This document shows positions 37,471 through 47,413 of a DNA stretch of 64,000 bases, piece after piece (positions within the stretch are counted from its first letter, which is position 1; each line of letters begins with the position of its first letter). The position numbers and the translations under genes are program-made. Source of the stretch: a virus. The notes beneath the pieces were generated by a model. It worked only from the letters and a program-made list of their open reading frames with translations. It was not told the origin of the DNA and did no database searches. The stretch spans positions 64,135-128,134 of IMG/VR virus record IMGVR_UViG_3300032240_000659; one strand, given 5' to 3'.

Positions 37471-39003
37471 ATGCCATATACCATAAACAAGACAAGCGGG
37501 GGAGTAGTTACAGTAGTTGCAGACGGCAGTACTGATAGTACACTTGATATTAAATTAATTGGTAAGAACTTTGCTGGATACGGTGAAGTACAAAACGAAA
37601 ATTTCGTAGCTCTACTAGAGAATTTTGCTAATAGTAGCCCTCCCGCTAAGCCTATAGCAGGTCAAGTCTGGTTTGACACCTCAAATAAAAAATTAAAATT
37701 TTATGATGGCAATAAATTTCGTACTACAGGCGGCGCTGAAATTGGAACAACTGAACCAGTTGGGTTAACTGAAGGTGATTTTTACTTTAATACTAATACC
37801 CGCCAATTGTTTGCTTGGTCGTTAACTGGATCGGCTAACGGAACAGCACCAGGGTTTGTATTAGTTGGGCCGGAAGCAACGTCTGGACAAGGTCTAACTC
37901 AAATGAAATCAAGGGTTGTCAATGGTCGACCAGTTGGAAATCCATCAGGTGCATTGACACAGCATCCAATTATTGAATCTCAAGTAGGTAATAATACTAT
38001 TTTTATTATTAGTACAGATAGTGATTTTGATTTAGATTCATCTAATTCAATAACCGGGTTTACAACAATTAAACAAGGTATTACTTTATGCTATACAACT
38101 ACCAGCGCCCAACTTGGACAAACTACTAGCAGCCATAGATTCTGGGGTACTGCAAGTAATTCAGAACGTCTTGGTGGATATTCAGCTAGTGATTATTCTA
38201 GATCAAGCAATGCATCGTTTACAAGTTTAGTTAATTTTGCTGATGTTGGTTTTACGGTAGGTACAACTCCAAGATTAAGAGTTTTTAATGAAAGTGCAAG
38301 CACTCCTACTATTCAAAATCAGCTGTCTGATACTATAGTTTTTCAAACTACTGTTGCATCTGCTACTAAAACTCCGATGCAACTAGTAGGTAATAACATT
38401 TATCCAGGTGCAAATTTAGTATCCGACATTGGATCATTAACTGCTGGCGCCGGATCTACTGCTTTAAAATTTAATAATGTTTATGCTCAATATTTTAAAG
38501 GTCGTGCTGACGAAGCAGTTGCATTAATGGTTAGTGGTGTAGCCGCAACAGCTTCGGTTGCATCAGCAAATAATTCAATTGTTGCAAGAACAGATACTGG
38601 GCAAATTAATGCAACACAATTTAACGGATTAGCAACAAGTGCTCAATATGCCGACTTGGCAGAAAAATATCTAGCAGATGATAATTATGAACCTGGTACA
38701 GTAGTTATGGTTGGCGGCGATAAAGAAGTTACGGCAGCAACTTTTGGCTCAGTAGCATTTGGTGTTGTTAGTACTAATCCAGCTGTTAAAATGAACAGCG
38801 AGTTAAAAGACGGAATATATATTGCATTAAAAGGGCGTGTCCCTGTTAAAGTTCGTGGTGTTGTCAATAAGGGCGACCCAATAGTTGCACATAACATTGG
38901 TATTGCAGTTGTTGATTCTGGGACTGGAAATCGACAAATTGGTATTGCTTTAGAATCAAGCGACGACAATAGCATCAAATTGATTGAATGCGTTATACTT
39001 TAA
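37471..39003 (+). CDS. Tail fibre paralogue 4 with C-terminal intramolecular-chaperone/peptidase G2-like domain
   Basis: Shared N-terminal domain; YADLAEKY...EPGTVV...IALKGRVPVKV.G.V.KGD C-terminus. Confidence 0.7.
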   Translation: MPYTINKTSGGVVTVVADGSTDSTLDIKLIGKNFAGYGEVQNENFVALLENFANSSPPAKPIAGQVWFDTSNKKLKFYDGNKFRTTGGAEIGTTEPVGLTEGDFYFNTNTRQLFAWSLTGSANGTAPGFVLVGPEATSGQGLTQMKSRVVNGRPVGNPSGALTQHPIIESQVGNNTIFIISTDSDFDLDSSNSITGFTTIKQGITLCYTTTSAQLGQTTSSHRFWGTASNSERLGGYSASDYSRSSNASFTSLVNFADVGFTVGTTPRLRVFNESASTPTIQNQLSDTIVFQTTVASATKTPMQLVGNNIYPGANLVSDIGSLTAGAGSTALKFNNVYAQYFKGRADEAVALMVSGVAATASVASANNSIVARTDTGQINATQFNGLATSAQYADLAEKYLADDNYEPGTVVMVGGDKEVTAATFGSVAFGVVSTNPAVKMNSELKDGIYIALKGRVPVKVRGVVNKGDPIVAHNIGIAVVDSGTGNRQIGIALESSDDNSIKLIECVIL

Positions 39004-39006
39004 TAC

Positions 39007-39013
39007 ATAAATA
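39007..39013 (+). promoter_or_regulatory. Late promoter-like motif ATAAATA
   Basis: Intergenic, 26 nt upstream of the ATG at 39040; AAGGAG RBS follows. Confidence 0.6.
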
Positions 39014-39039
39014 AAAAACGCATATAATAAGGAGTTAAT

Positions 39040-40329
39040 ATGGCCGCTGGTCAAGGTAATAAAATTGAATTTCAGGACTATAATAATATATACAATATTA
39101 TAGCCCCTGTTCTTGGAAGAAACTATGGCGGAACTGCTAGCGTTGGCTATGATAATTCTCCGAGTGCATCAACAGTTGCACAATATGCAAAAATATCTGC
39201 TCTACAATGGAGCAACTTAAGATCTGACATTTCACGTTGCCGTGGCCACCAAACCGGAGTAGATTTATTAACTAACACTACGACTGTTAACGGACAAACT
39301 CCTTTAAGTCTCCCTAATCCAAGCGCACAATTTACTGCAACTTGCTCTGGTACTACACTAGTAGTATCAGCAGTAGCATCGGGAACTATTCAAATTGGGT
39401 CAGTATTGTCGGGAGGCTCTATATCCGGAACCTACACAATTACAGGATTTATAAGTGGCACAAATGGCGGAATAGCTAACTATCAAGTTACTCCTGCTTT
39501 ATCAATTGCAACTGCGTCAACTGTAGTATCTACTTATTATATAAAAATTACAGAAAATGATAGATCATTGTATCAAACAATGGCCCAAGCTGCCTATGAT
39601 AATAGAATTATTTCACCGCCTTCAAGTATTCCTGCCGCTAGAAAAACTACTGCAAACTTAATCCCTGGCGGAGATAAAACAAATACAGGGGGTTGGAGCG
39701 GAACTATTCGTCAGACTATTACAATATCTTTCCCACAAGAAGCAAGTGCAACTAATCCCGCTGACGGTGCCCATAGTACTGCAAGAGCATATTTTAATAG
39801 TGGAAGTCAAATATTGTTTTCTGCGTCATTTGCTAAGAATAATTCTGAAAGTAAAAACGTATCTTGGGAAACATTGTGTTCAAATTTAGGAACTATCAGA
39901 TTTGGATACAACAGTTTAAGCATTACTGGTGGTGCAGGTAGTTCAACTGCAACAACTTATTCAACGTACTCTGGATATACATTACTTCCAGCTTCTGGTG
40001 CTGGTCCAAGTAGTACAGAATTGTTATTTAAACTAGTAATTAATGCTGGATCTGCTGGTACTATTGGACAGTATAATCCTAACAGTATTAAATTGTATGG
40101 AAAAAAAGTAAATAGTGGCGGCTTTGACATACTTACTTTTGTATTTGAATTTAACGACGATGCAGGTTCTACTACACCATTTGGAAGAACACCGGCACCG
40201 ACTGATACACCAGTTGATGAACCAGTAAATGGTACAATGACTACATCGATACAAGCTGAATATGCATATTCTACAACTGGCTATATTACAGTAACTCCGC
40301 CTACCGGAGCAAGTGGAACTCTTGCTTAA
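39040..40329 (+). CDS. Hypothetical virion structural protein
   Basis: Late promoter; Ser/Thr/Gly-rich; ARAYFNSGSQI.FSAS motif. Confidence 0.55.
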   Translation: MAAGQGNKIEFQDYNNIYNIIAPVLGRNYGGTASVGYDNSPSASTVAQYAKISALQWSNLRSDISRCRGHQTGVDLLTNTTTVNGQTPLSLPNPSAQFTATCSGTTLVVSAVASGTIQIGSVLSGGSISGTYTITGFISGTNGGIANYQVTPALSIATASTVVSTYYIKITENDRSLYQTMAQAAYDNRIISPPSSIPAARKTTANLIPGGDKTNTGGWSGTIRQTITISFPQEASATNPADGAHSTARAYFNSGSQILFSASFAKNNSESKNVSWETLCSNLGTIRFGYNSLSITGGAGSSTATTYSTYSGYTLLPASGAGPSSTELLFKLVINAGSAGTIGQYNPNSIKLYGKKVNSGGFDILTFVFEFNDDAGSTTPFGRTPAPTDTPVDEPVNGTMTTSIQAEYAYSTTGYITVTPPTGASGTLA

Positions 40330-40338
40330 CCAATCTTC

Positions 40339-40367
40339 TTGACATAAAAAACTAAGTAGTGTATTAT
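40339..40367 (+). promoter_or_regulatory. Sigma70-type promoter
   Basis: TTGACA-N17-TATTAT upstream of the GGAG RBS and ATG at 40387. Confidence 0.75.
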
Positions 40368-40386
40368 TATCACTACGGAGTAATTT

Positions 40387-40737
40387 ATGGACGAAAAAAT
40401 TGAAAAAGCATTATCGGTGGCCAACTATATGGCCACTTTATCTAATCAACGTAGAATAATTTTTGAAGAGTTTAATCAAAAACAATTTTATTATACAAAC
40501 GGTGGAACGTTTAAAGTTGATCACACGTTAATCACATTCGTTAAAAACACTATTGATCTTGGTTATACTGAGCAAGTTCCATTTTTAGATTCTAATCATA
40601 TACCTATTATTATATCTAATGTGCAAGATTTCTTTGATAATATTGTTTCTATCTATTTTGAAGCATTAAATGAATATGCTGCCAAATATGCAGATATAAA
40701 AAGTAAACGAAAAATTGGGGATATTGTAGAGTTATGA
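40387..40737 (+). CDS. Hypothetical protein (possible fibre assembly factor)
   Basis: ORF with RBS; function inferred from position only. Confidence 0.5.
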   Translation: MDEKIEKALSVANYMATLSNQRRIIFEEFNQKQFYYTNGGTFKVDHTLITFVKNTIDLGYTEQVPFLDSNHIPIIISNVQDFFDNIVSIYFEALNEYAAKYADIKSKRKIGDIVEL

Positions 40738-41600
40738 AAAATGGTGCATTAATATTTGCCCAAAATAATAAACTTATTGACTATACAAAACTAGCAGTAT
40801 TTGCAGGTAACAGAGTAAAACAGTTTTTAGATATACCCGTTAGTATAGTAACAGATAATGTTAAGTGGCTAGAAGAAGTATATCCTACACACCCATTTGA
40901 TACTATTATAGAAATTCCTTACTATGACGAATACTATCATAGAGAAATCCACACTCATAAAGAAATACATGACGGAGAGTTGTGGTCATCAAAAATGGAG
41001 TGGAAAAATATATCTAGGACACAAGTATATAATTTGTCTCCCTACGATAAGACGTTAGTAATAGATAGTGATTATATTATTAGTTCTTCTGTTTTAAAAA
41101 CAGCATTTAATATCGACGCTGATTTACAAATTTATAGTGATAGTTTTGATTTAGCAGATTGGAGATCAACATCTGAATTTCATAGGGTAAATCCTTACTC
41201 GGTTAAATTTTATTGGGCAACTACTTTTGTTTTTCAAAAAAATTTAATTACTGAATCTTTTTTTAATTTAATTGACTATATTAAATTAAATTGGTTTTAT
41301 TTTAGAACTCTTTATAGTATACAATCTCCATTATTTAGAAACGATTTTGCATTTAGTATTGCTATACACATTATGAATGGCAAAACTAATGGAGAATTTT
41401 CTAGTGATCTACCTGGCAGGATGTACTATTCATTAGACAAAGATTTTCTAGTATCTGCTAATAATGAAAAATTAAAATTTTTATTATCTAAAAAAGATTA
41501 TCCTGGAGAATATACTTTAGCAAAAACTTCAGGACTTGATATTCATATTATGAATAAACAAAGTTTAATAAGAATGATAGACGGAGGTTTAGGTGTCTAA
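40734..41600 (+). CDS. GT-A-fold glycosyltransferase (GT8-like)
   Basis: LSPYDKTLVIDSDYII DxD motif; FRNDFAFSIA; paralogous to 41593-42429. Confidence 0.65.
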   Translation: MKNGALIFAQNNKLIDYTKLAVFAGNRVKQFLDIPVSIVTDNVKWLEEVYPTHPFDTIIEIPYYDEYYHREIHTHKEIHDGELWSSKMEWKNISRTQVYNLSPYDKTLVIDSDYIISSSVLKTAFNIDADLQIYSDSFDLADWRSTSEFHRVNPYSVKFYWATTFVFQKNLITESFFNLIDYIKLNWFYFRTLYSIQSPLFRNDFAFSIAIHIMNGKTNGEFSSDLPGRMYYSLDKDFLVSANNEKLKFLLSKKDYPGEYTLAKTSGLDIHIMNKQSLIRMIDGGLGV

Positions 41601-42429
41601 AGGATTTCTTGTCTTAGCACAAAATACAGAAACAGTTGATTACATTCAACAGGCATATGCATTAGCATTGTCAATTAAAGCCAGTCAAAAAACTTATAAA
41701 AATATTTCATTGGTAACTAATGATCTAGTCCCAGAAGAATATCAAACTGTATTTGATAATATTATCCCGATACCCTGGGGAGATAGTACATCTGGTGTAG
41801 GCTACCGAGCTGAGAACAGATGGAAATTATATCACGCAACTCCATATGAAGAAACAATAGTTTTTGATACTGATATGCTTCTATTAGAAGATATTACTGT
41901 ATGGTGGGAATATTGTAGTAAATATAATCTGAAATATTGTTCAAGAATTACTAATTATAAATTAGAACCAGTAATTGATACTGTGCATAGAAAAGCATTT
42001 ATATCCAACCAACTTACTAGTCCATATTCTGCGCTACATTATTTTAAAAAATCACAAACTGCTTTAGAATTTTATAAAACATTAGAATTTGTTTGTAATA
42101 ATTGGGAATGGTGTTATAGTAAGTTTGCTCCAAATGAATATCAACCCTGGTTAAGCATGGATTTAGTTGTTGCTATTGCCATAGAAATTACAGGATTTCA
42201 CGAAGAGGCAATTGATATATGCAGTCCTTTAGAATTTGTCCATATGAAAGCACCGCTTCAAGGTTGGGCAAATGACTCTATACACTGGCAAGATAGTGTT
42301 TTTTATTTTTTAAATTCTAAAGGGGATTTAGTAGTTGGTAATATTAAACAATCAAAATTGTTTCATTATGTAGAAAAAGATTTTTTAAACCAACGAATTA
42401 TTGACGGATTAAAAAGGTTAATTGTATGA
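41593..42429 (+). CDS. GT-A-fold glycosyltransferase (GT8-like)
   Basis: ATPYEETIVFDTDMLL DxD motif; GTG start. Confidence 0.65.
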   Translation: MSKGFLVLAQNTETVDYIQQAYALALSIKASQKTYKNISLVTNDLVPEEYQTVFDNIIPIPWGDSTSGVGYRAENRWKLYHATPYEETIVFDTDMLLLEDITVWWEYCSKYNLKYCSRITNYKLEPVIDTVHRKAFISNQLTSPYSALHYFKKSQTALEFYKTLEFVCNNWEWCYSKFAPNEYQPWLSMDLVVAIAIEITGFHEEAIDICSPLEFVHMKAPLQGWANDSIHWQDSVFYFLNSKGDLVVGNIKQSKLFHYVEKDFLNQRIIDGLKRLIV

Positions 42430-43043
42430 TTGATAACGAAGAAGTTGTGTTTCCAGCATCCCCACCGGATAATCGATTTTATGTCTACTATAATAGTAAT
42501 AATGGCAGTATATTAGCAGTAGCGAATGGTTTATTAGATAGAGAAGATTTTAATTCTTATATTGAAATATCACCGGAGCTTCATCAAAAGCTATCTAGTG
42601 ATACAGTAAGATTATTAGATTGGGCTGTAGTAAAAACACCAACTGCAAATGACAACTATATTATTGAAATAGTACCAAAGAATTTTAAAGGTCTAAGTTT
42701 TGAAAACAAAATGTTTGATCTAATTTTAAATGAACCAACAATTGATACAGAGCTAACGGTTGAATGGTCATTGGCAACTAAACATTGGGTAATTAATATT
42801 TTACCCGACACTAAACTTCGGTTAATGGGTAAAAAGTTTTTAACAGAAAAACTTTCTTTTTTTATTGTCCTTGAAAACGATTTTGATTTCTTAATAAGAA
42901 AAATTTTTATAAATTCAAGTGACCTAATGAATAAAGAAATATACATACCTTTTGAATCAAAAATAGAAGAACAGATTGATAATATTTCAGTTGTTACTAG
43001 AAAATTATTTAATAATTACGGATTAATAAAAACATATGAGTGA
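42426..43043 (+). CDS. Hypothetical protein
   Basis: ORF coupled to both neighbours by short overlaps. Confidence 0.65.
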   Translation: MIDNEEVVFPASPPDNRFYVYYNSNNGSILAVANGLLDREDFNSYIEISPELHQKLSSDTVRLLDWAVVKTPTANDNYIIEIVPKNFKGLSFENKMFDLILNEPTIDTELTVEWSLATKHWVINILPDTKLRLMGKKFLTEKLSFFIVLENDFDFLIRKIFINSSDLMNKEIYIPFESKIEEQIDNISVVTRKLFNNYGLIKTYE

Positions 43044-43932
43044 TAATATTAAAGTTATTGAACAGGATATTATTTTCCTAAGTTACGATGAACCTAACGC
43101 TGAAAAAAATTATGCAGACTTACTGACTAAAGCACCTTGGGCAAAGCGTGTACACGGAGTTAAAGGTAGCGATGCCGCACATAAAGCCTGTGCCGCATTA
43201 AGTGAAACAGAATATTTTGTCACTGTAGATGCCGACAATATTGTTGATCCTAATTTCTTAAAAGTAGAAATTAATTTAGATGAATTAGGACTTACATCTG
43301 ATCATGTATTCAGTTGGTGCGGAAAGGTGCATGTTAACGGACTTATGTACGGCAACGGCGGATTAAAACTATGGACCCGTAAGTTTGTAAACAATATGCG
43401 TACACATGAAAACTCAGATCCTAATGACGTTAAGGGTTTAGTTGAGTTTTGCTTTGACGACAAGTATTATCAATTTAATGAAAACTATAGTGAGAGCTAT
43501 ACTAATGCAAGTCCATTTCAAGCATGGAGAGCAGGATTCCGCGAAGGCGTAAAAATGTCATTGGACCAAGGTGCTCGAGCAACAGATATTAAAAAAATCT
43601 GGTGGCAAAATTATGATCGACTATTAATTTGGTGTAATATTGGTGCTGATGTTACTAATGGATTATGGAGCATATACGGAGCCAGAGAAGGTGCTTATCT
43701 TACTAACTGTACAGATTGGGACTATGCTAATGTAAGAGATTTTGATTGGTTAACAAACCAATGGGAAATACAATACAGCAAAAATGCGGATCGTTTACAA
43801 GAAGCTGTTACTATGGTAGGCAGTGCTCTGCGCCATGAGTGTAAATTAGAAATTACAGATATAGATTCTACTGGTAGTAAATTTTTTAAGACTGTATTTA
43901 ATAATAGTCCAAGAATTATTCGTAGAAGATAA
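43036..43932 (+). CDS. Glycosyltransferase-like protein (GT-A, DxD)
   Basis: FLSYDE...RVHGVKG...AHKACA...FVTVDADNIV; C-terminal FQAWRAGFREGVK. Confidence 0.6.
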   Translation: MSDNIKVIEQDIIFLSYDEPNAEKNYADLLTKAPWAKRVHGVKGSDAAHKACAALSETEYFVTVDADNIVDPNFLKVEINLDELGLTSDHVFSWCGKVHVNGLMYGNGGLKLWTRKFVNNMRTHENSDPNDVKGLVEFCFDDKYYQFNENYSESYTNASPFQAWRAGFREGVKMSLDQGARATDIKKIWWQNYDRLLIWCNIGADVTNGLWSIYGAREGAYLTNCTDWDYANVRDFDWLTNQWEIQYSKNADRLQEAVTMVGSALRHECKLEITDIDSTGSKFFKTVFNNSPRIIRRR

Positions 43933-45284
43933 TGTACGATATTTTTTATATTGGTTCTGAAAACGATGAATGGAAAAAAATAAAAACAAAATTTCCATTA
44001 GCTAAACGTGTTGATGATTTTTACACAGCCCAAAAAAAATCATTTACTGTATATTTTTGGGTAGTATGGAACGATTTACATATAGACGATAATTTTAATT
44101 TTAATTTTAAAATTTCTAAATGGGATGAAGAATACATACATGTATTTCGTAATGGAAATTTTTATGATGGTATTTGCTTATTTCCTAAAAAAATATCAGT
44201 TTCTAACAGAGAACTAGAATATCGATTCTTTACGAATAAAAAAGAGATAGACATACAAGCTAGTATTCCTGTTACTCATGATATTTTTTATATCAATACT
44301 TATGATGAATACAAAGAGGCCTTGACTACATCTAAGACTAATATGTTTTGGGTAGTATGGAAAGATTTAGAAATTAATCATGATTTTATGTTTAATTATC
44401 AAGTTCCATATTATAACCAACATATTACTCATGTTTTTAAAAACAATGAATATTTTGACGGCGTCTGTTTGTTTTCCAAAAAATCAATGGTAAGTAGTAA
44501 AGAGTTTTTATATCGATTTTTTACCAGTAAAAAAGAAATAGATATACAGGCTAGTGCCCCTAAACCGTTTGATGTTGTGTTTATAAGCTATTATGAATCC
44601 AACGCAGATTTACATTATACTGCACTAACTAAAAAACTTGGAAGGTATGTTCATAGAGTTGACGGAATAAAGGGCATTCATAATGCCCATATTCAAGCCG
44701 CAAAGTTAGTTAGTTCGGATCTATTTTGGGTAGTAGATGCAGATGCAATTTTAGAAAAAAATTTTAATTTTGAATTTCCACAAGTAGTTCATCATGACAC
44801 TTATACTAAATCAACAGTACATGTATGGACAAGTCGTAATCCTATAAATGATTTACAATACGGTAACGGTGGTGTTAAACTACTCCCACGTAAATTAACT
44901 TTAAATATGGATTTATCAAAACCTGATATGACTACAAGTATATCGCCATCATTTAAATCAATGCCAACAGTTTCAAATATTGCTGCCTTTAATACAGATC
45001 CATTTAGTACATGGAGAAGTGCATTTAGAGAATGTGTTAAATTATCATCTAAAACCATACAGGGTCAAGTCAATGATGAAACTGAAGAACGTTTAAATAT
45101 CTGGTGTTCTGTAGGCGAAGATCGATTATATGGCAAATATTCTATATCTGGCGCACTCGCCGGCCGCGCATACGGTCAAGAAAATGCCGGTAACTTACCG
45201 GCACTTAGTAAAATTAATGATTTTGATTGGCTTAAGGAGAAGTTTGAGCAAGATTGTTCATTAATGGAAATACATCTGCAATAA
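43932..45284 (+). CDS. Glycosyltransferase-like protein with three tandem homologous domains
   Basis: FWVVWND, FWVVWKD and FWVVDAD repeats; C-terminal FSTWRSAFRECVK is paralogous to 43036-43932. Confidence 0.6.
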   Translation: MYDIFYIGSENDEWKKIKTKFPLAKRVDDFYTAQKKSFTVYFWVVWNDLHIDDNFNFNFKISKWDEEYIHVFRNGNFYDGICLFPKKISVSNRELEYRFFTNKKEIDIQASIPVTHDIFYINTYDEYKEALTTSKTNMFWVVWKDLEINHDFMFNYQVPYYNQHITHVFKNNEYFDGVCLFSKKSMVSSKEFLYRFFTSKKEIDIQASAPKPFDVVFISYYESNADLHYTALTKKLGRYVHRVDGIKGIHNAHIQAAKLVSSDLFWVVDADAILEKNFNFEFPQVVHHDTYTKSTVHVWTSRNPINDLQYGNGGVKLLPRKLTLNMDLSKPDMTTSISPSFKSMPTVSNIAAFNTDPFSTWRSAFRECVKLSSKTIQGQVNDETEERLNIWCSVGEDRLYGKYSISGALAGRAYGQENAGNLPALSKINDFDWLKEKFEQDCSLMEIHLQ

Positions 45285-45906
45285 CTTTTGCACAAGTCTT
45301 TGCAACTTCTTGATGCTCTTTCTGTGTACCGTTAGCACTACGTAGTTCAATAAAGTGAACCCAACTACGCAATGTACCATTCATATATAATCGACTTTCA
45401 ATCAATCCTTCGGGTAGTACAGCACGAGCTTGTTCTTTTGCTATGCCGTTGGCAATAGCCCATTCGTATTCGCGTTTGGCCGCATAGATAACTCTTTGTT
45501 GGGCACGATACCATTCGTTTTGTAAAAGTGTATCATCAACTTCTACACTGTTCTGTCTATTTTTTTCGTCTTGTAATCTAGCTTCTCTGGTAACAAAGTT
45601 AAGATCCTTTGTTGGGTCAGCATAACGTTGGCTAAACTCTTGGAAGCTAAAACTTCTGTGTCGTAAGATTTGCCGTGCAATATCTCGTGTTGTCGTAATT
45701 TCCATGCAAGCTGACACCATTTCGAGTGGTGACCAGTGTTGGTGTTTGACGAGGTACTTGATGAGTTTATCACTTGTTTCTGTATTAAATTGATTGCTAG
45801 GGTTACTTACACGAGCACAATATGCAATAAGTTCTTGGGCATCATTAATACCTTGGTTAGCAAACTCTGCTGTTGGCTGTGAATAAGACACTAATTTAAC
45901 ATTCAT
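45232..45906 (-). CDS. thyX: Flavin-dependent thymidylate synthase
   Basis: RHRSFSFQEFSQRYA signature, HWSPLE, EQARAVLP. Confidence 0.96.
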   Translation of the reverse strand: MNVKLVSYSQPTAEFANQGINDAQELIAYCARVSNPSNQFNTETSDKLIKYLVKHQHWSPLEMVSACMEITTTRDIARQILRHRSFSFQEFSQRYADPTKDLNFVTREARLQDEKNRQNSVEVDDTLLQNEWYRAQQRVIYAAKREYEWAIANGIAKEQARAVLPEGLIESRLYMNGTLRSWVHFIELRSANGTQKEHQEVAKTCAKVIADVFPLMNNLAQTSP

Positions 45907-46223
45907 AGTTTTTTCTTTTTTAAGAATTTTTCGGTTGATCTTTTTATATCTTTTTTAACTTTAATTGTATCAAGTTTAAAATCAATATTGTCTATTTTTT
46001 CTTCGTAGCTTTTGCATAGCTCGGATAAGTTGTGTTCAAACTGATCCCAGCCTGCTTTTTTAACGCTAGATGTTATTTTTATTTCCCAAGTTTTACCGTC
46101 TTTAAAGTTAATAAGCACCGCGTTGAGATAGCTAAATGGTAATACATTTAGTTTTACCTCGCCAAATACTTCAGGCCAATGTTCAACAGCATCTTTGGGA
46201 AGAGTGCTTCCCAAAGACGTCAC
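45903..46223 (-). CDS. Hypothetical protein
   Basis: ORF with 4-nt overlaps to both neighbours. Confidence 0.65.
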   Translation of the reverse strand: MTSLGSTLPKDAVEHWPEVFGEVKLNVLPFSYLNAVLINFKDGKTWEIKITSSVKKAGWDQFEHNLSELCKSYEEKIDNIDFKLDTIKVKKDIKRSTEKFLKKKKL

Positions 46224-46843
46224 GTTGTTTCTTTAACCTTTTTCTTTACAGGTGCTAATTCTTCTGCTTTACGCCTAAAATCAGCGGCTTGTTTAGCTAA
46301 CTTATCAGCTTGGCTACGATAAAATTTAGCAGTAGTTTCTGGATCTGCATCTGCGGCAGGCTCAGTCACTGGTGCTACTTCTACTTCGTTAATACTTGAT
46401 GAAGAAGTTTTACCTGGGTCGCTTTGAACAGGCTGAGTTGTTCGTTGCTCTGGGCCCGGAGCGATTGACAAATCATCAACAACTATACCACGCTGTTCTG
46501 CAATAATCTGATTAAGTTCAGACAATATAATAGATACAGCAGTAGTTGGAGTCATATCAACTTGATTAGTTGGAATCTTAACAAGACGCCCTTGAGAATG
46601 CAATGCTGCCAACATTGTACTACCGTCTGGAAAACTTGTACGAGCCATAGCTTCTGCAAATTCATAAGAATCTTGTCCAGCAGTACTTTCCACTAAATTG
46701 ATAATAGCATCGTGGTATGCATCTGGTAAATTTTCAGTAGGGACGATGAGGCAACTATTTGACTCACCGGGCAATGTGCGATATGCTACCACACATTTTT
46801 TGCCCGTTGCACGAACTCTACCGACGTGCTTTAGTTCTGCCAT
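46220..46843 (-). CDS. Hypothetical protein
   Basis: 207-aa ORF in operon context. Confidence 0.7.
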   Translation of the reverse strand: MAELKHVGRVRATGKKCVVAYRTLPGESNSCLIVPTENLPDAYHDAIINLVESTAGQDSYEFAEAMARTSFPDGSTMLAALHSQGRLVKIPTNQVDMTPTTAVSIILSELNQIIAEQRGIVVDDLSIAPGPEQRTTQPVQSDPGKTSSSSINEVEVAPVTEPAADADPETTAKFYRSQADKLAKQAADFRRKAEELAPVKKKVKETT

Positions 46844-47091
46844 TATTGTTTTGCCCCTTCGGATTGTTTGGCAACTTGGTCTAAGAAGTTTGTCAACTTA
46901 GTATAGGTTTGCCCAACTGCGGTCATTTCGTTTGGCTTAAATGCACCACGTGAACTTGCAATATCAATAATAACTTTCATTGCGTTAAGATCGTTAATGT
47001 TTAGTTCTGCAGCCGCTTCTGGTGCAGGTGCTTGAGCTGTTGCACCGTCAACTGGTGCCGCGTTTTGAGTTTCTTGTCCGTCTACGTTCAT
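46843..47091 (-). CDS. Hypothetical protein
   Basis: AAGGAG RBS; Ala/Pro-rich N-terminus and LNINDL...RGAFK helical core. Confidence 0.7.
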   Translation of the reverse strand: MNVDGQETQNAAPVDGATAQAPAPEAAAELNINDLNAMKVIIDIASSRGAFKPNEMTAVGQTYTKLTNFLDQVAKQSEGAKQ

Positions 47092-47125
47092 GTTATCTCC
47101 TTAAGTAGAAAAGTACGTACTATAA

Positions 47126-47413
47126 TTATCTGGTCTGTAAATATGGACATGCAATCGTGAAAAAACTAAGTTCTTTTTCGCTTTCAAACCCAATACGGGT
47201 GTTGTATACAATTGTTTTGGTATTGTCTAATGTAATACCTTGTCCTATATAATACCTACTATTTAAATTAAATAGTATCCATTGGTTGATAGATTTGACT
47301 AGCGAGGGTGTATATCTGTCAACAGATGTATATTTAAAATGCGGGCAAGCCACATCCACTCTACGTAAATTAAAATAGTTTAGTGGATTAGGCTTGCCAT
47401 TCTTTAGAGCCAT
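47126..47413 (-). CDS. Hypothetical protein
   Basis: ORF coupled to the vWA gene stop. Confidence 0.65.
   Translation of the reverse strand: MALKNGKPNPLNYFNLRRVDVACPHFKYTSVDRYTPSLVKSINQWILFNLNSRYYIGQGITLDNTKTIVYNTRIGFESEKELSFFTIACPYLQTR

Noticed and set aside
31870-39003. Diversity-generating retroelement targeting the fibres
   Set aside because: No reverse transcriptase and no template/variable repeat pair seen in the window.
45232-45284. 53-nt convergent overlap between the GT-like gene and thyX
   Set aside because: An ordinary tail-to-tail overlap at a block boundary; no extra signal seen.
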